Counted from the first letter of the stretch, positions 1 to 8,979 are shown. The stretch: 32,000 nt of DNA from Alistipes megaguti (GCF_900604385.1 NZ_LR027382.1:1708218-1740217), one strand, 5' to 3'. Translations and numbers: made by a program. Notes: generated by a model from the letters alone, not told the origin.

Positions 1-303
1 GTGTCGGACCGCGACAGCGTGGCGCTGCGCTGGGTGATCCGCACGGCCGACGGACGGGAGATCCTCTCCTCGTACGAACGCGGCGATACGGTGCGTTCGA
101 CGCTGCGCGACCTGAACCGCGGCGTGCAGGAGAGTCTGAAACTGATCGGCGTGGGCGGCCGCATCAATGCCTGGATGCCCTCGTCGGTCACCTACGGCGC
201 CGACGGTGACAAGACGCTCGGAATCGGTCCCAACACGACGCTCTGCTATCAGATCGAGCTGCTCGATCTGGACAAGTATGCCGATCGGTTCCGCCGTCGA
301 TAA
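1..303 (+). CDS. FKBP-type peptidyl-prolyl cis-trans isomerase, C-terminal fragment (5' end outside window)
   Basis: Translation ...GGRINAWMPSSVTYGADGDKTLGIGPNTTLCYQIELLDL matches the FKBP_C end pattern (W-IP---aYG------IpPn--L-FevEL-d). Stop TAA at 301-303. The next gene is a paralogue. Confidence 0.75.
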   Translation: MSDRDSVALRWVIRTADGREILSSYERGDTVRSTLRDLNRGVQESLKLIGVGGRINAWMPSSVTYGADGDKTLGIGPNTTLCYQIELLDLDKYADRFRRR

Positions 304-342
304 TTTGCGCGAAGAAAAATCGGTCATTATCCAATATTTTAC

Positions 343-350
343 TATCTTTG
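343..350 (+). promoter_or_regulatory. Bacteroidetes-type -7 box TATCTTTG upstream of the FKBP lipoprotein gene
   Basis: Exact match to the TAnnTTTG consensus about 49 nt upstream of ATG 399. No clear TTTG -33 element at the expected spacing. Confidence 0.4.
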
Positions 351-398
351 CGCGTGCGAAAAAAAGCAAACATTCAACATACATATTCAAAAACAACC

Positions 399-1505
399 AT
401 GAAAAGAGTCTTTTTTGCCGCAGCGCTTGCAGGTGCGGCGATGCTTGCCTCCTGCGGGGGCAACAAGACCGGAGTCGAGATGGGCAGCCTGTCGAAGTTC
501 GATTCGCTGTCGTACGCCCTGGGTGCGAACATCGGCTACGGCATCAACTATGAGATGAAGGACATTCCGTTCGATTTCAAGGCTGTCGACAAGGGTATCC
601 GCGAGGGGGCTCTGGACAAGGCCTCGCAGCCGCACGACGAGTCGCTTGACATGCTGCGCGAATACTTCATGTCGAAGCGCGGCGAGCGTGCCCGCGCCAT
701 TGCCAAGAAGCGTGCCGAGGCCGACAGCGTACGTCTGGCCGGCGGCGATTCGACCAAGGTCGAGTATCCGGCCGCCGATCCCGAGATGTTCGAGTCGGAG
801 GAGGAGCGTACACAACTCTCCTACGCCTTCGGTAACGACATCGGCTACAACATCGCCAACAGCGGTATGCCGGTTCAGGTGGTATGGATCTGCGAGGCCA
901 TGCAGAACGTCCGCGACAAGAACGCCAAGATGGATGAGGATGCCGTGAACCAGTACCTGCAGTACTACTTCATGGTAAAGCGTCCGGCCGAGAATGCCGA
1001 AGCTTCGAAGACCTGGCTGGAGAAGATCGAGAAGAAGTCGGGCGTGAAGAAGACCGAATCGGGTCTGCTCTACAAGGTGACCGAGATGGGCGATACGACG
1101 ATGATGGCCAAGGATCCGCGCGACGTGGTGAAGGTGCACTACACGGGCCGCACGCGTGAGGGCAAGGTCTTCGATACGTCGAAGTTCGCCAACCGTCCCA
1201 AGGAGCAGCAGGAGATTCTCAAGAAGCAGCGTCCGGACAGCTATGACAAGGACGAGCCCGTGGAGTTCCCGCTCAATCGCGTGATTCCGGGTTGGACCGA
1301 GGGCCTGCAGCTTGTGGGCAAGGGTGGCAAGATCACGCTCTGGATCCCCTCCGATCTGGCCTATGGACAGCGTGGCGCCGGTCGTGACATCGGTCCCAAC
1401 GAGGCGCTTGAGTTCGAGGTCGAGTTGATCGACGTAACTCCCTACGAGGAGCCGGCTCCGGCCGATTCGACGGCTGCAGCTCCCGCCGTTGAGCCTGCCA
1501 AATAA
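399..1505 (+). CDS. FKBP-type peptidyl-prolyl isomerase lipoprotein (Mip/FklB-like) with duplicated FKBP_N region
   Basis: Start trimmed to ATG 399, giving MKRVFFAAALAGAAMLASCGG (signal peptide plus lipobox Cys). Two SYA-G-IG helical N-domains are followed by LLYKV...VKVHYTGR...GKVFDTS...VIPGWTEGLQLVGKGGKITLWIPSDLAYGQRG...LEFEVELIDV. Confidence 0.85.
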   Translation: MKRVFFAAALAGAAMLASCGGNKTGVEMGSLSKFDSLSYALGANIGYGINYEMKDIPFDFKAVDKGIREGALDKASQPHDESLDMLREYFMSKRGERARAIAKKRAEADSVRLAGGDSTKVEYPAADPEMFESEEERTQLSYAFGNDIGYNIANSGMPVQVVWICEAMQNVRDKNAKMDEDAVNQYLQYYFMVKRPAENAEASKTWLEKIEKKSGVKKTESGLLYKVTEMGDTTMMAKDPRDVVKVHYTGRTREGKVFDTSKFANRPKEQQEILKKQRPDSYDKDEPVEFPLNRVIPGWTEGLQLVGKGGKITLWIPSDLAYGQRGAGRDIGPNEALEFEVELIDVTPYEEPAPADSTAAAPAVEPAK

Positions 1506-1522
1506 GGTTTTACGTCAGCGAT

Positions 1523-1562
1523 AAAAAATCCCGGAATGCTTGCGGCATTCCGGGATTTTTTG
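1523..1562. terminator. Bidirectional intrinsic terminator between convergent genes
   Basis: Perfect stem TCCCGGAATGC (1529-1539) / GCATTCCGGGA (1545-1555), flanked by an A-run upstream and a T-run downstream. Confidence 0.7.
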
Positions 1563-1599
1563 TTTGGCGTTCCGTTGTGGGCTTCTGACGTCAGGGTAC

Positions 1600-1795
1600 C
1601 GCCTTCTTTCAGAGGTTCTTCTCAGCAAGTTCCTCTCTCTGCCCTCTCTCTGCGGTTCCTCTCTCAGCAGCCCTCTTTTTCTGCGGCCCCTCTCTCAGCC
1701 AGCGGCCCTTCTCATCCTTTTTCTGCGACTTCTCTCTCAGCCAGCGGGCCCTTTCCCTCACACTGCGGCCCCTCTTTCTCAGCGGCCCCTCGGAC
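1600..1795. repeat. Degenerate CT-rich tandem repeat (4-5 units of about 31-42 bp), non-coding
   Basis: Recurring CTGCGG/CTGCGA (1650, 1681, 1723, 1763), each followed by CCTCTCTCAGC(C)AGCGGCCC-like sequence. It lies between the DUF3127 stop (1796) and the terminator at 1523-1562. Confidence 0.6.
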
Positions 1796-2167
1796 TCAGA
1801 AGGGGAGGTCGTCGACCTCCTGGGAGGGAGTCGAGGCGTAGGAGGGTTCCTCGACGATGGGAGGCATGTCGGGCATCGGTGCTGCGGCGGCCGGCTCCTG
1901 CTGCCTGGGCTGGATGCGCCAGGCACGCACGTCGGTGTACCAGCGGCCGTTGTATTCGCGCGACTCGATGTTGACCGAGACGGTATAGGCGGCACCCTCC
2001 TTCAGCCGGGCCACATCGTCGGGCTTGTTGAAGAACGTGACGCAGATCTTGCGGGTGAACGATCCCTCGTTCATCTCAAAAACCACATCCTGACGCTGCC
2101 ATTCACCGCGGGCCGAAGTGCCCTTCGTGACCGGCAGTATTTTGTAGACGGTTCCTTCGAATTCCAT
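1796..2167 (-). CDS. DUF3127-family OB-fold protein with SSB-like acidic C-terminal tip
   Basis: Start trimmed to MEFEGTVYKILPVTKGTSARGEWQRQDVVFEM...REYNGRWYTDVRAWRIQ (the GRWY--IRAW pattern I associate with DUF3127). Pro/Ala/Gln-rich tail ends in EVDDLPF-stop. Confidence 0.8.
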   Translation of the reverse strand: MEFEGTVYKILPVTKGTSARGEWQRQDVVFEMNEGSFTRKICVTFFNKPDDVARLKEGAAYTVSVNIESREYNGRWYTDVRAWRIQPRQQEPAAAAPMPDMPPIVEEPSYASTPSQEVDDLPF

Positions 2168-2241
2168 AATTTCGTATCGTTTTTTGGTGATTGTCTCCTC
2201 TGCAGACCGTGCGGAAAAGGGACTCCGGCGCGGTGCTCCTG

Positions 2242-2249
2242 CAAAGATA
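2242..2249 (-). promoter_or_regulatory. -7 box (TATCTTTG on minus strand) upstream of the DUF3127 gene
   Basis: Plus-strand CAAAGATA is TATCTTTG on the minus strand, about 75 nt upstream of start 2167. No convincing -33 box. Confidence 0.35.
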
Positions 2250-2324
2250 GGCAAATTTTACGATTCCGCGTCCCGGAACCTTGAATTTTCCATCTTCGGG
2301 AGTCCGGTCCCGCGGGATTGAACC

Positions 2325-3209
2325 TCAATCCTCGTCGTCGGGCCTGCTCTGGCGGGGGTGTTTGCGCTCGATGCGCTCGGCCAGGCGGATGCTCAGTTCG
2401 TAGAGCCCGTAGAGGGGGATGATCACCAGCACCAGGCTGAAGATGTCGGGCGGGGTGATGATGGCCGAGATGACGAGCAGAATGACGAAGGCGTGGCGGC
2501 GGTAGCGCTTCAGAAAGGCTGCCGAGACGATCCCCATGCGCGAGAGGAAGTAGATCAGCAGCGGCAGTTCGAACATGAAGGCGCAGGCCATCGAGACGAC
2601 AATGACCGTCGAGAGGTAGTCGCCGATGTCGATCATGTTGGTGATCTCGGGGCTGACCTGGTAGTTGGCGAAGAAGTTGATCGACAGCGGCACCATGATG
2701 AAGTATCCGAAGAGCAGCCCCGTGAAGAAGCACCCCGAGACGGCGGTGACGAACCAGCGTGTGCCGGCAATCTCGCGCGGGGTGAGGGCCGGCCGTACGA
2801 ACTGCCAGAACTCCCACAGCACGTAGGGCATGGCCAGGGCGATGCCCGCGACGAGCGAGATCTTCATGTGGAGATTGAACTGTCCGGCCAGCGAGGTGTT
2901 GATCACCTGGAAGCGGTCCGAAGCAATTTCGAACGAGGCGACCGATGTGTCGAACGAGGTTCCGAGCGTGGCATTGAGCCATTCGGCCAGGTGGGCCCAT
3001 TCGACGCCGATCCACGAGAGCAGCCGGTTGGTAGAGAAGTCGGCCTGCCGGGGTCCGAAGAGGACGGTGTCGATGATGAAGCCCTTGCAGAGAAATGCTG
3101 CGATGCCGATGAGGACGATGGCCAGCGCCCCGCGTACCAGATGGGGGCGCAGGGCGTCGAGGTGCTCGAAGAAGGTCATCTCCGAGGAGTCGGGTTCGGG
3201 GTGTTTCAT
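2325..3209 (-). CDS. tatC: Twin-arginine translocase subunit TatC
   Basis: MKHPEPDSSEMTFFEHLDALRPHLVRGALAIV..., a multi-pass membrane protein with the typical TatC N-terminus (F-EHL-ELR). An alternative start at MTFFEHL (3179) is possible. Confidence 0.9.
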   Translation of the reverse strand: MKHPEPDSSEMTFFEHLDALRPHLVRGALAIVLIGIAAFLCKGFIIDTVLFGPRQADFSTNRLLSWIGVEWAHLAEWLNATLGTSFDTSVASFEIASDRFQVINTSLAGQFNLHMKISLVAGIALAMPYVLWEFWQFVRPALTPREIAGTRWFVTAVSGCFFTGLLFGYFIMVPLSINFFANYQVSPEITNMIDIGDYLSTVIVVSMACAFMFELPLLIYFLSRMGIVSAAFLKRYRRHAFVILLVISAIITPPDIFSLVLVIIPLYGLYELSIRLAERIERKHPRQSRPDDED

Positions 3210-3409
3210 GCGGCGGATGGCGTTTGACGGCGGAGTTCAGACATCGACGGGTGAGGCCGGCGGGTCGGAGCGGCGGAACGGACTGCCCGGCGAAGCAGCG
3301 GAACGTGGCGTGCAACGGACCGCGTGACGGGGCTGACGGTGTGCGGGGGCCCGGGACCGGTGCGGGGTTGACGGAGCACGAGAATCCGGGACCGGTCGCG
3401 GGACGGCGG

Positions 3410-3622
3410 TTACTTCTCGGACTCCTTGCCCGACGAATCGTGTTTGCGGTTGGCCTGATTCTCTTCGGCGGAGTAGTCCTTGTTGACGGCATCCTTGAAC
3501 TCCTTGACGCCGCGGCCCAGGCCGCGCATCAACTCGGGAATCTTGCGCCCGCCGAAGAGCAGCAGAACGACCAGCACGATGATCAGCAGTTGTCCGTAAC
3601 CGATTACACAGGGAATGAACAT
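3410..3622 (-). CDS. tatA: Twin-arginine translocase subunit TatA/E
   Basis: 70 aa. One TM helix followed by [24 protein letters not shown], the TatA hinge and amphipathic-helix signature. Confidence 0.9.
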   Translation of the reverse strand: MFIPCVIGYGQLLIIVLVVLLLFGGRKIPELMRGLGRGVKEFKDAVNKDYSAEENQANRKHDSSGKESEK

Positions 3623-3795
3623 CTCTTTCAGTTTTGTTTAGGTTTCTGGGGCGGATCCGACCTTCGGATTCCGTCGGGGTCGGCCCCGGGCGCGCAGGGT
3701 GCGCCTCCGGTCCGGGACCTCTTTCTGACAAAGATACGGATTATTTGGACAAATCCGCGTGCGGGGACGGAATTTTGCGCTCCGACGGAGGGGAT

Positions 3796-4416
3796 TCAGG
3801 AGTGACGCCGGACCAGTTCGCGTTCGAGATCGGCAATCGACAGACCGGTGGCCTCGAGCAGCACGAGCAGGTGGTAGACCAGGTCCGAAGCCTCGTAGAC
3901 CAGGGCGTCGCGGTTGCCGGCCACGGCTTCGATCACCGTCTCGACGGCCTCTTCGCCGACCTTCTGGGCGATCTTGTTCACGCCGCGCGTGAAGAGACGT
4001 GAGGTATAGGAGCCTTCGGGCATCTCGCGGTGGCGTCCCTGGATGACGCTCTGCAGGTAGCGGATGAAGCCCTCTTCGTCGGGTGTGGCCTTGCCGAAGC
4101 AGGTGCGTGAACCGGTGTGGCAGGTGGGGCCGTGGGGGATGACCCGCACGAGCAGCGTGTCGGCGTCGCAGTCGGCGGCCACCGAGACCGCTTCGAGCCA
4201 GTTGCCGCTGGTCTCGCCCTTGGTCCAGAGGCACTGCCGCGTGCGGCTGTAGAAGGTGACGCGGCCCTCGGCGAGGGTCTTCTCGTAGGCCTCGCGGTTC
4301 ATGTAGCCCAGCATGAGCACCTGCAGCGTGCGGTCGTCCTGGATGATGGCGGGAACAAGCCCGCCGGGGAGTTTTTCGAGGTTGAGCTCCGAAAAGGAAA
4401 TTCCTGAAATCTTCAT
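3796..4416 (-). CDS. hisIE: Bifunctional phosphoribosyl-AMP cyclohydrolase / phosphoribosyl-ATP pyrophosphatase HisIE
   Basis: Start trimmed to MKISGISFSELNLEKLPGGLVPAIIQD...YSRTRQCLWTKGETSGN...CDADTLL...GPTCHTG (HisI) followed by ...SYTSRLF...KIAQKVGEEAVE (HisE). The upstream part of the track ORF is low-complexity. Confidence 0.9.
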   Translation of the reverse strand: MKISGISFSELNLEKLPGGLVPAIIQDDRTLQVLMLGYMNREAYEKTLAEGRVTFYSRTRQCLWTKGETSGNWLEAVSVAADCDADTLLVRVIPHGPTCHTGSRTCFGKATPDEEGFIRYLQSVIQGRHREMPEGSYTSRLFTRGVNKIAQKVGEEAVETVIEAVAGNRDALVYEASDLVYHLLVLLEATGLSIADLERELVRRHS

Positions 4417-4422
4417 GGTATC

Positions 4423-4501
4423 TGTTTTTTTGTCGGTTTGTTTTTTTGTCGGTTTGTTTTTGCGGGGCGTCGGGCGGCAGGAGCGGTTCGGGCGGCAGGA
4501 G
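4423..4501. repeat. Two short tandem repeats in the hisF-hisIE spacer
   Basis: TGTTTTTTTGTCGGTT x2 plus a partial third copy (4423-4461). TCGGGCGGCAGGAG x2 with an 18-bp period (4470-4483 and 4488-4501). Confidence 0.75.
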
Positions 4502-4570
4502 ACCGGACGTGGTTGGTCCGCTCGACAGGTCCGGCAGGCCCGGATGGTTCGGATGGCCCGGGGAGCGGCT

Positions 4571-5323
4571 TCAGAGGCGGACGGGGATGCCGCGCTCACG
4601 GAGCTCCCGCTTCAGGCGCGGAATCGGAATCTCTCCGTAGTGGAAGATGCTGGCGGCCAGTGCGGCGTCGGCTCCGCCGCGGGTGAGCACCTCGGCGATG
4701 TGGCCGACGGTGCCGGCTCCGCCCGAGGCGATGACCGGCACGGGCAGTTCGGCCAGCCGGGCGAAGGTCTCGCACGGGTAGCCGTTCTTCGTGCCGTCGT
4801 GGTCCATCGAGGTGAAGAGGATCTCACCGGCGCCGCGATCGACGGCCTCGCGGGCCCACGTGAAGAGTTCGCGCTCGGTCAGATGTCGTCCGCCGTGGGT
4901 CGTCACCCGCCAGCGGCCGTCGATCTGCCGGGCGTCGATCGCCACGACGACGAACTGCGAACCGTATTTCGAGGCGATCGAGTCGATCAGCGCGGGGTTT
5001 CCGACGGCGGCGCTGTTGACCGTCACCTTGTCGGCCCCGGCATCGAGCAGCCGTCCGGCGTCGTCGACCGAGGCGATGCCGCCGCCGACGGTGAAGGGGA
5101 TGTCGATGCGGGCGGCGATGTGCGAAACCAGATCGGTGAAGGTGCGGCGCCCCTCCTGCGAGGCGCTGATGTCGAGGTAGACCAGTTCGTCGGCCCCTTC
5201 GTCGGCGTACTTGGCCCCGAGTTCCACGGGGTCGCCGACGCGGCGCAGATCCTCGAAGTGAATCCCCTTGACGGTCTGCCCGTCGCGGATGTCCAGACAG
5301 GGTATTATTCGTTTTGCAAGCAT
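4571..5323 (-). CDS. hisF: Imidazole glycerol phosphate synthase cyclase subunit HisF
   Basis: Start trimmed to [20 protein letters not shown]...[11 protein letters not shown]...PFTVGGGI...ASGGAG (250 aa). ATG confirmed at 5321-5323 on the minus strand. Confidence 0.95.
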   Translation of the reverse strand: MLAKRIIPCLDIRDGQTVKGIHFEDLRRVGDPVELGAKYADEGADELVYLDISASQEGRRTFTDLVSHIAARIDIPFTVGGGIASVDDAGRLLDAGADKVTVNSAAVGNPALIDSIASKYGSQFVVVAIDARQIDGRWRVTTHGGRHLTERELFTWAREAVDRGAGEILFTSMDHDGTKNGYPCETFARLAELPVPVIASGGAGTVGHIAEVLTRGGADAALAASIFHYGEIPIPRLKRELRERGIPVRL

Positions 5324-6036
5324 CGTTCTATTTCCTCCAGGGTGATACGTCCTTCGTAGAGCGCCTTGCCGATGATGACGCTCCGCAGTCCCAACGTGTC
5401 GAGGCGGCGGATGTCGTCCATCGACGAGATGCCGCCGCTGACCGTGACCTCGACCGTCGGGAACTGCTCCTGCAGCCGGGTGTAGAGCTCCGCACCGGGG
5501 CCGCAGAGCATGCCGTCGCGCGAGATGTCGGTGCAGATGACCTGCGCGAGGCCCTGCGGCAGGAAGCGTTTGATCAGTTCGTCGGCCGTTGCCGTCGACT
5601 CTTCGAGCCATCCCAGCAGGGCCACCTTGCCGTCGCGCAGGTCGGCGCCGAGGATCATCCGCCCGGGGCCGAACTCTCCGAGCCATGCGGCGAACCACTC
5701 CGGTTGCCGCACGGCCACGCTGCCGCAGATGGCCCGCCGGGCGCCGGCGTTGAAGACGTCGTGCAGCGCCTCGCGGCTCTTGATGCCGCCGCCGTACTCG
5801 ATGTCGAGCTCCGTGCGCGAGGCAATGCGCTCCAGCGTGCGGAGGTTGCGCGGTTCGGAGGCCTTCGCACCGTCGAGGTCGACCACGTGGAGGCGGCCGA
5901 TGCCCGCCCCTTCGAAGCGGAGCGCCGTCTCGAGCGGATCCTTGCTGTAGACTTTCCGGCTGGCGTAGTCGCCCTGCGTGAGGCGTACGCACTGGCCCTC
6001 GATGAGGTCCATGGCCGGTATGAGGGTGATGTTCAT
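5305..6036 (-). CDS. hisA: ProFAR isomerase HisA
   Basis: Start trimmed to [24 protein letters not shown]...LHVVDLDGA...GGGI...VSGGISS (243 aa). The 3' end overlaps the hisF start by 19 nt. Confidence 0.95.
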   Translation of the reverse strand: MNITLIPAMDLIEGQCVRLTQGDYASRKVYSKDPLETALRFEGAGIGRLHVVDLDGAKASEPRNLRTLERIASRTELDIEYGGGIKSREALHDVFNAGARRAICGSVAVRQPEWFAAWLGEFGPGRMILGADLRDGKVALLGWLEESTATADELIKRFLPQGLAQVICTDISRDGMLCGPGAELYTRLQEQFPTVEVTVSGGISSMDDIRRLDTLGLRSVIIGKALYEGRITLEEIERCLQNE

Positions 6037-6113
6037 GGTTTTTCGTGGTTTGTGGTGGATATGTCCGGTCGTATCGGTGGACGGTTGCCGGTTCGGAGTC
6101 GGGCGGCAGCGCC

Positions 6114-6824
6114 TTACTTCAGATTCAGGAAGTTCTGCAGGATCCGGGCCCCCGTTGTGCCGCTCTTTTCGGGGTGGAACTGCGTGCCGTAGAAGTTGTC
6201 GCGCCGGAGTGCCGCGCTGAAGCGTCGTGCGTAGTCGGTCGTGGCGATTGTAGCCGGACAGAGGTCCGCCGCATAGGAGTGGACGTAGTAGACGTAGCTC
6301 TGTTCGGGAATCCCCTCGAAGAGCGGCGAGCGCAACCCTTCGATCGTATCCCAGCCCACGTGGGGAACCTTCAGCCGGGAGCCGGCATCGGATGTTTCGG
6401 GAAGAGGCCGGTCGGTGTGGCGGCCGGTCGGTGTGGCGGCCGGCGGGGCCGTATCCGGGAGGGGCGGGCTGGCCGCCGCTTCGTGGAGGATTTCCTCTAC
6501 GGCGGTGGTGGGGAGGCGCCGCACCCGTGTGGGGAAGATCCCCAGACACTCCGCCCGCCCCTCCTCGCTCGAGAGACACAGCAACTGCATGCCGATGCAA
6601 ATGCCCAGCACGGGGCACGTCAGCGTCGGCAGCACCTCGTCCAGCCCCCGTTCGCGGAGTTTTGCCATGGCGCTCGAGGCTTCGCCCACGCCCGGGAGGA
6701 TCACCCGCTCGGCGCAGCGCAGCTGAGCGGCATCGGCCGTGAGCGTGAACTCCGCACCGGCCCGCCGCAGGGCATCGGCAACCGATCGCAGGTTGCCCGT
6801 ATCGTAATCGACGACGGCTATCAT
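6114..6824 (-). CDS. hisH: Imidazole glycerol phosphate synthase glutaminase subunit HisH (with internal insertion)
   Basis: [15 protein letters not shown]...LPGVG...[12 protein letters not shown]...KVPHVGW...YVHSY...[12 protein letters not shown] (236 aa versus about 200 typical). ATGA overlap with the hisB stop. Confidence 0.9.
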   Translation of the reverse strand: MIAVVDYDTGNLRSVADALRRAGAEFTLTADAAQLRCAERVILPGVGEASSAMAKLRERGLDEVLPTLTCPVLGICIGMQLLCLSSEEGRAECLGIFPTRVRRLPTTAVEEILHEAAASPPLPDTAPPAATPTGRHTDRPLPETSDAGSRLKVPHVGWDTIEGLRSPLFEGIPEQSYVYYVHSYAADLCPATIATTDYARRFSAALRRDNFYGTQFHPEKSGTTGARILQNFLNLK

Positions 6825-7948
6825 AGGACTCCTTTGCTGCTGGGTATGTCGTATCCGAAACCTTCGCGCCGCACGGCCATGCGCAGTGCCCGGGCGAAGG
6901 CCTTGAAGATGGCTTCGGCCTTGTGGTGTTCGTTCTCGCCGCGGGCCGCGATGTGGAGGTTGCACCGCGCGGCGCAGCACAGTGAGTGGAAGAAGTGGCG
7001 GAACAGCTCGGTCGGGACGTCGCCCACCCGTTCGCGGCGGAATTCGGCCTCCCACTCGAAGTCGATACGCCCGCCGAAGTCGAGCAGCACCAGCGCCCGG
7101 CAGTCGTCCATCGGCAGGGCGAATCCGTAGCGGGCGATGCCGGCCTTCGAACCCAGCGCGCGGTCGATGGCCTCGCCCAGGGTGATGGCGACATCCTCCA
7201 CGGTATGGTGCTCGTCGACCTCCAGGTCGCCGTGGGCCTCGACCGAGAGCGAGACGCCGCCGTGGTGGGCAATCTGCGAGAGCATGTGGTCCAGGAAGTG
7301 GAGGCCCGTCGAGATGCGGTCGTTGAAGTCGCCGCGGCCGTCGAGGTCCAGCCGCACGCGGATCTGCGTCTCGCGTGTCTGGCGCCGCAGGTCGACCTGC
7401 CGCTCCCCGCGGCGGATGAACTCCGCCACCTCGGCCCACGAATCGCTCACCAGCGCGCAGCTCTCTGCCACGCCGGCCTCTTCCACCATCCGCCGCCCCT
7501 CGGCCGCGGGCCGCAGCAGGACGCCGCGGGCCCCGAGGTTGCGGGCCAGCAGAAGGTCCGTCACGCGGTCGCCGATCACGTAGCTCGATGCGAGGTCGTA
7601 CGACCCGTCCAGGTATCGGGCGAACATCCCGGTGCGGGGTTTGCGCGTCGGGGCGTTGTCGCGCTCGAAGGTGCGGTCGATGAGCTGGTCGTCGAAGACG
7701 ACCCCTTCGCCGCCAAGCGTCGCGAGCATCTTCTCGTGGGCGGGCCAAAAGTCCGCCTCGGGGAAGGAGTCGGTGCCCAGACCGTCCTGGTTGGTGGCCA
7801 GCACCAGCTCGAAACCGAGTCCCGAGAGGGCCTTCAGCCCCGAGATGGCGCCCGGTACGAAGCGCATCTTTTCGAGGCTGTCGATCTGCTCGTCGGCGGG
7901 TTCCGCGAGGATCGTGCCGTCGCGGTCGATGAAGAGGGCTTTTTTCAT
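6821..7948 (-). CDS. hisB: Bifunctional histidinol-phosphatase / imidazoleglycerol-phosphate dehydratase HisB
   Basis: [13 protein letters not shown] (HAD DxDGT motif)...ATNQDG... then ...[13 protein letters not shown]...HFLDHML...[10 protein letters not shown]...[10 protein letters not shown] (IGPD motifs). 375 aa. Confidence 0.95.
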   Translation of the reverse strand: MKKALFIDRDGTILAEPADEQIDSLEKMRFVPGAISGLKALSGLGFELVLATNQDGLGTDSFPEADFWPAHEKMLATLGGEGVVFDDQLIDRTFERDNAPTRKPRTGMFARYLDGSYDLASSYVIGDRVTDLLLARNLGARGVLLRPAAEGRRMVEEAGVAESCALVSDSWAEVAEFIRRGERQVDLRRQTRETQIRVRLDLDGRGDFNDRISTGLHFLDHMLSQIAHHGGVSLSVEAHGDLEVDEHHTVEDVAITLGEAIDRALGSKAGIARYGFALPMDDCRALVLLDFGGRIDFEWEAEFRRERVGDVPTELFRHFFHSLCCAARCNLHIAARGENEHHKAEAIFKAFARALRMAVRREGFGYDIPSSKGVL

Positions 7949-8979
7949 GGTTGGAAATTTTGGATGGTTCGGATCAGCAGGTCGTTCTCCTCGGGACGGC
8001 CGACGGTGATGCGCAGGCACCCCGCGCAGCCCGCCACGCGCGAGCGGTTGCGGACGATCACCCCGGCGCGGATCAACGCCTCGTAGAGGCGGTCGGGCGC
8101 CGCGGTGCGCACCAGCAGGAAGTTGGCCTCCGAGGGGTAGACCCGTTCGATGGCCCGGCAGCCGGCCAGCGCCCGCGCCGTGCGGAGCCGCTCGCGGCGA
8201 AGCTCGGCGATCTGCGCCGTGATCGGTTGCGTGAGGCGTTCGAGGACCTCGCGCTGCGTCGGACCGTTGATGTTGTAGGGGTACTTCACCCGGGCGAAGA
8301 GCTCCGCCACGGGCTCCGCCGCAAAGGCCAGTCCGAGACGCAGCCCGGCCATGCCCCACGCTTTGGAGAGGGTCTGCAGGATGATGAGATTCGGAAACTC
8401 GTCGAGCCGGCTGAGAAATCCCGGCTTCGAGGCGAAGTCGATGTAGGCTTCGTCCAGGAGGACCATCCCCGGGAACTCGCGCAGCAGCCGTTCAATTTCG
8501 CGGGCCGGAAAGGCGTTGCCCGTGGGGTTGTTCGGCGAGCAGATCCACAGCAGCTTCGTGCGCTCGTCGGCCGCTGCGAGCAGCGCGTCGGTCGGCAGCG
8601 CGAAGTCGTCGCCGAGCGCCACCTCGCGCATCTCGACGTCGTTCGTGTCGGCAGCCACGCGGTACATGCCGTAGGTCGGCGCGATCGAGACGGCGTTGTC
8701 GCGCCCCGGCGTGCAGAAGATCCGGTAGGCGAGGTCGATCGCCTCGTCGCTGCCGTTGCCCAGGAAGATCTGCCCCTCGCGAACCCCCTTCAGGACGGCA
8801 ATCCGGCGTTTCAACTCCCGCTGGTGGGGATCCGGGTAGCGGTTCACCCCGTTGTCGTAGGGACTTTCGTTGGCGTCGAGCCACGTGGAGATCTCCCCGC
8901 CGGCGTACTCGTCGCGGGCCGTGGAGTAGGGTTGCAGGGTCCGGATATTCGGCCGGACCAGCTCGTCAAGGGGTCTCAT
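7945..8979 (-). CDS. hisC: Histidinol-phosphate aminotransferase HisC
   Basis: 344 aa with class-II aminotransferase features ([16 protein letters not shown]-like [22 protein letters not shown] with the PLP lysine). ATGA overlaps with both hisB and hisD. Confidence 0.9.
   Translation of the reverse strand: MRPLDELVRPNIRTLQPYSTARDEYAGGEISTWLDANESPYDNGVNRYPDPHQRELKRRIAVLKGVREGQIFLGNGSDEAIDLAYRIFCTPGRDNAVSIAPTYGMYRVAADTNDVEMREVALGDDFALPTDALLAAADERTKLLWICSPNNPTGNAFPAREIERLLREFPGMVLLDEAYIDFASKPGFLSRLDEFPNLIILQTLSKAWGMAGLRLGLAFAAEPVAELFARVKYPYNINGPTQREVLERLTQPITAQIAELRRERLRTARALAGCRAIERVYPSEANFLLVRTAAPDRLYEALIRAGVIVRNRSRVAGCAGCLRITVGRPEENDLLIRTIQNFQP

Noticed and set aside
1600-1795. Possible CRISPR array (also considered for 4423-4501 and 16914-16993)
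   Set aside because: The repeats are degenerate or present in only two copies. Periods are irregular (31-46 bp), there are no unique spacers of constant size, and no cas genes are in the window.
1536-1995. ORFs 1536-1841(+), 1540-1974(+) and 1609-1995(-) over the CT-rich repeat
   Set aside because: They give low-complexity repeat translations. The plus-strand ORFs start inside the terminator hairpin at 1523-1562 and run into the convergent DUF3127 gene. There is no promoter or start context.
3729-3736. TATCTTTG (minus strand) upstream of tatA as an independent promoter; similar single boxes at 14306-14313 upstream of tRNA(CAU) and 11611-11618 upstream of the XRE gene
   Set aside because: Only the -7 element, or a near match, is present. 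A TTTG -33 box is missing or at the wrong spacing (about 12-13 nt). These are plausible but not well enough supported to list as features.
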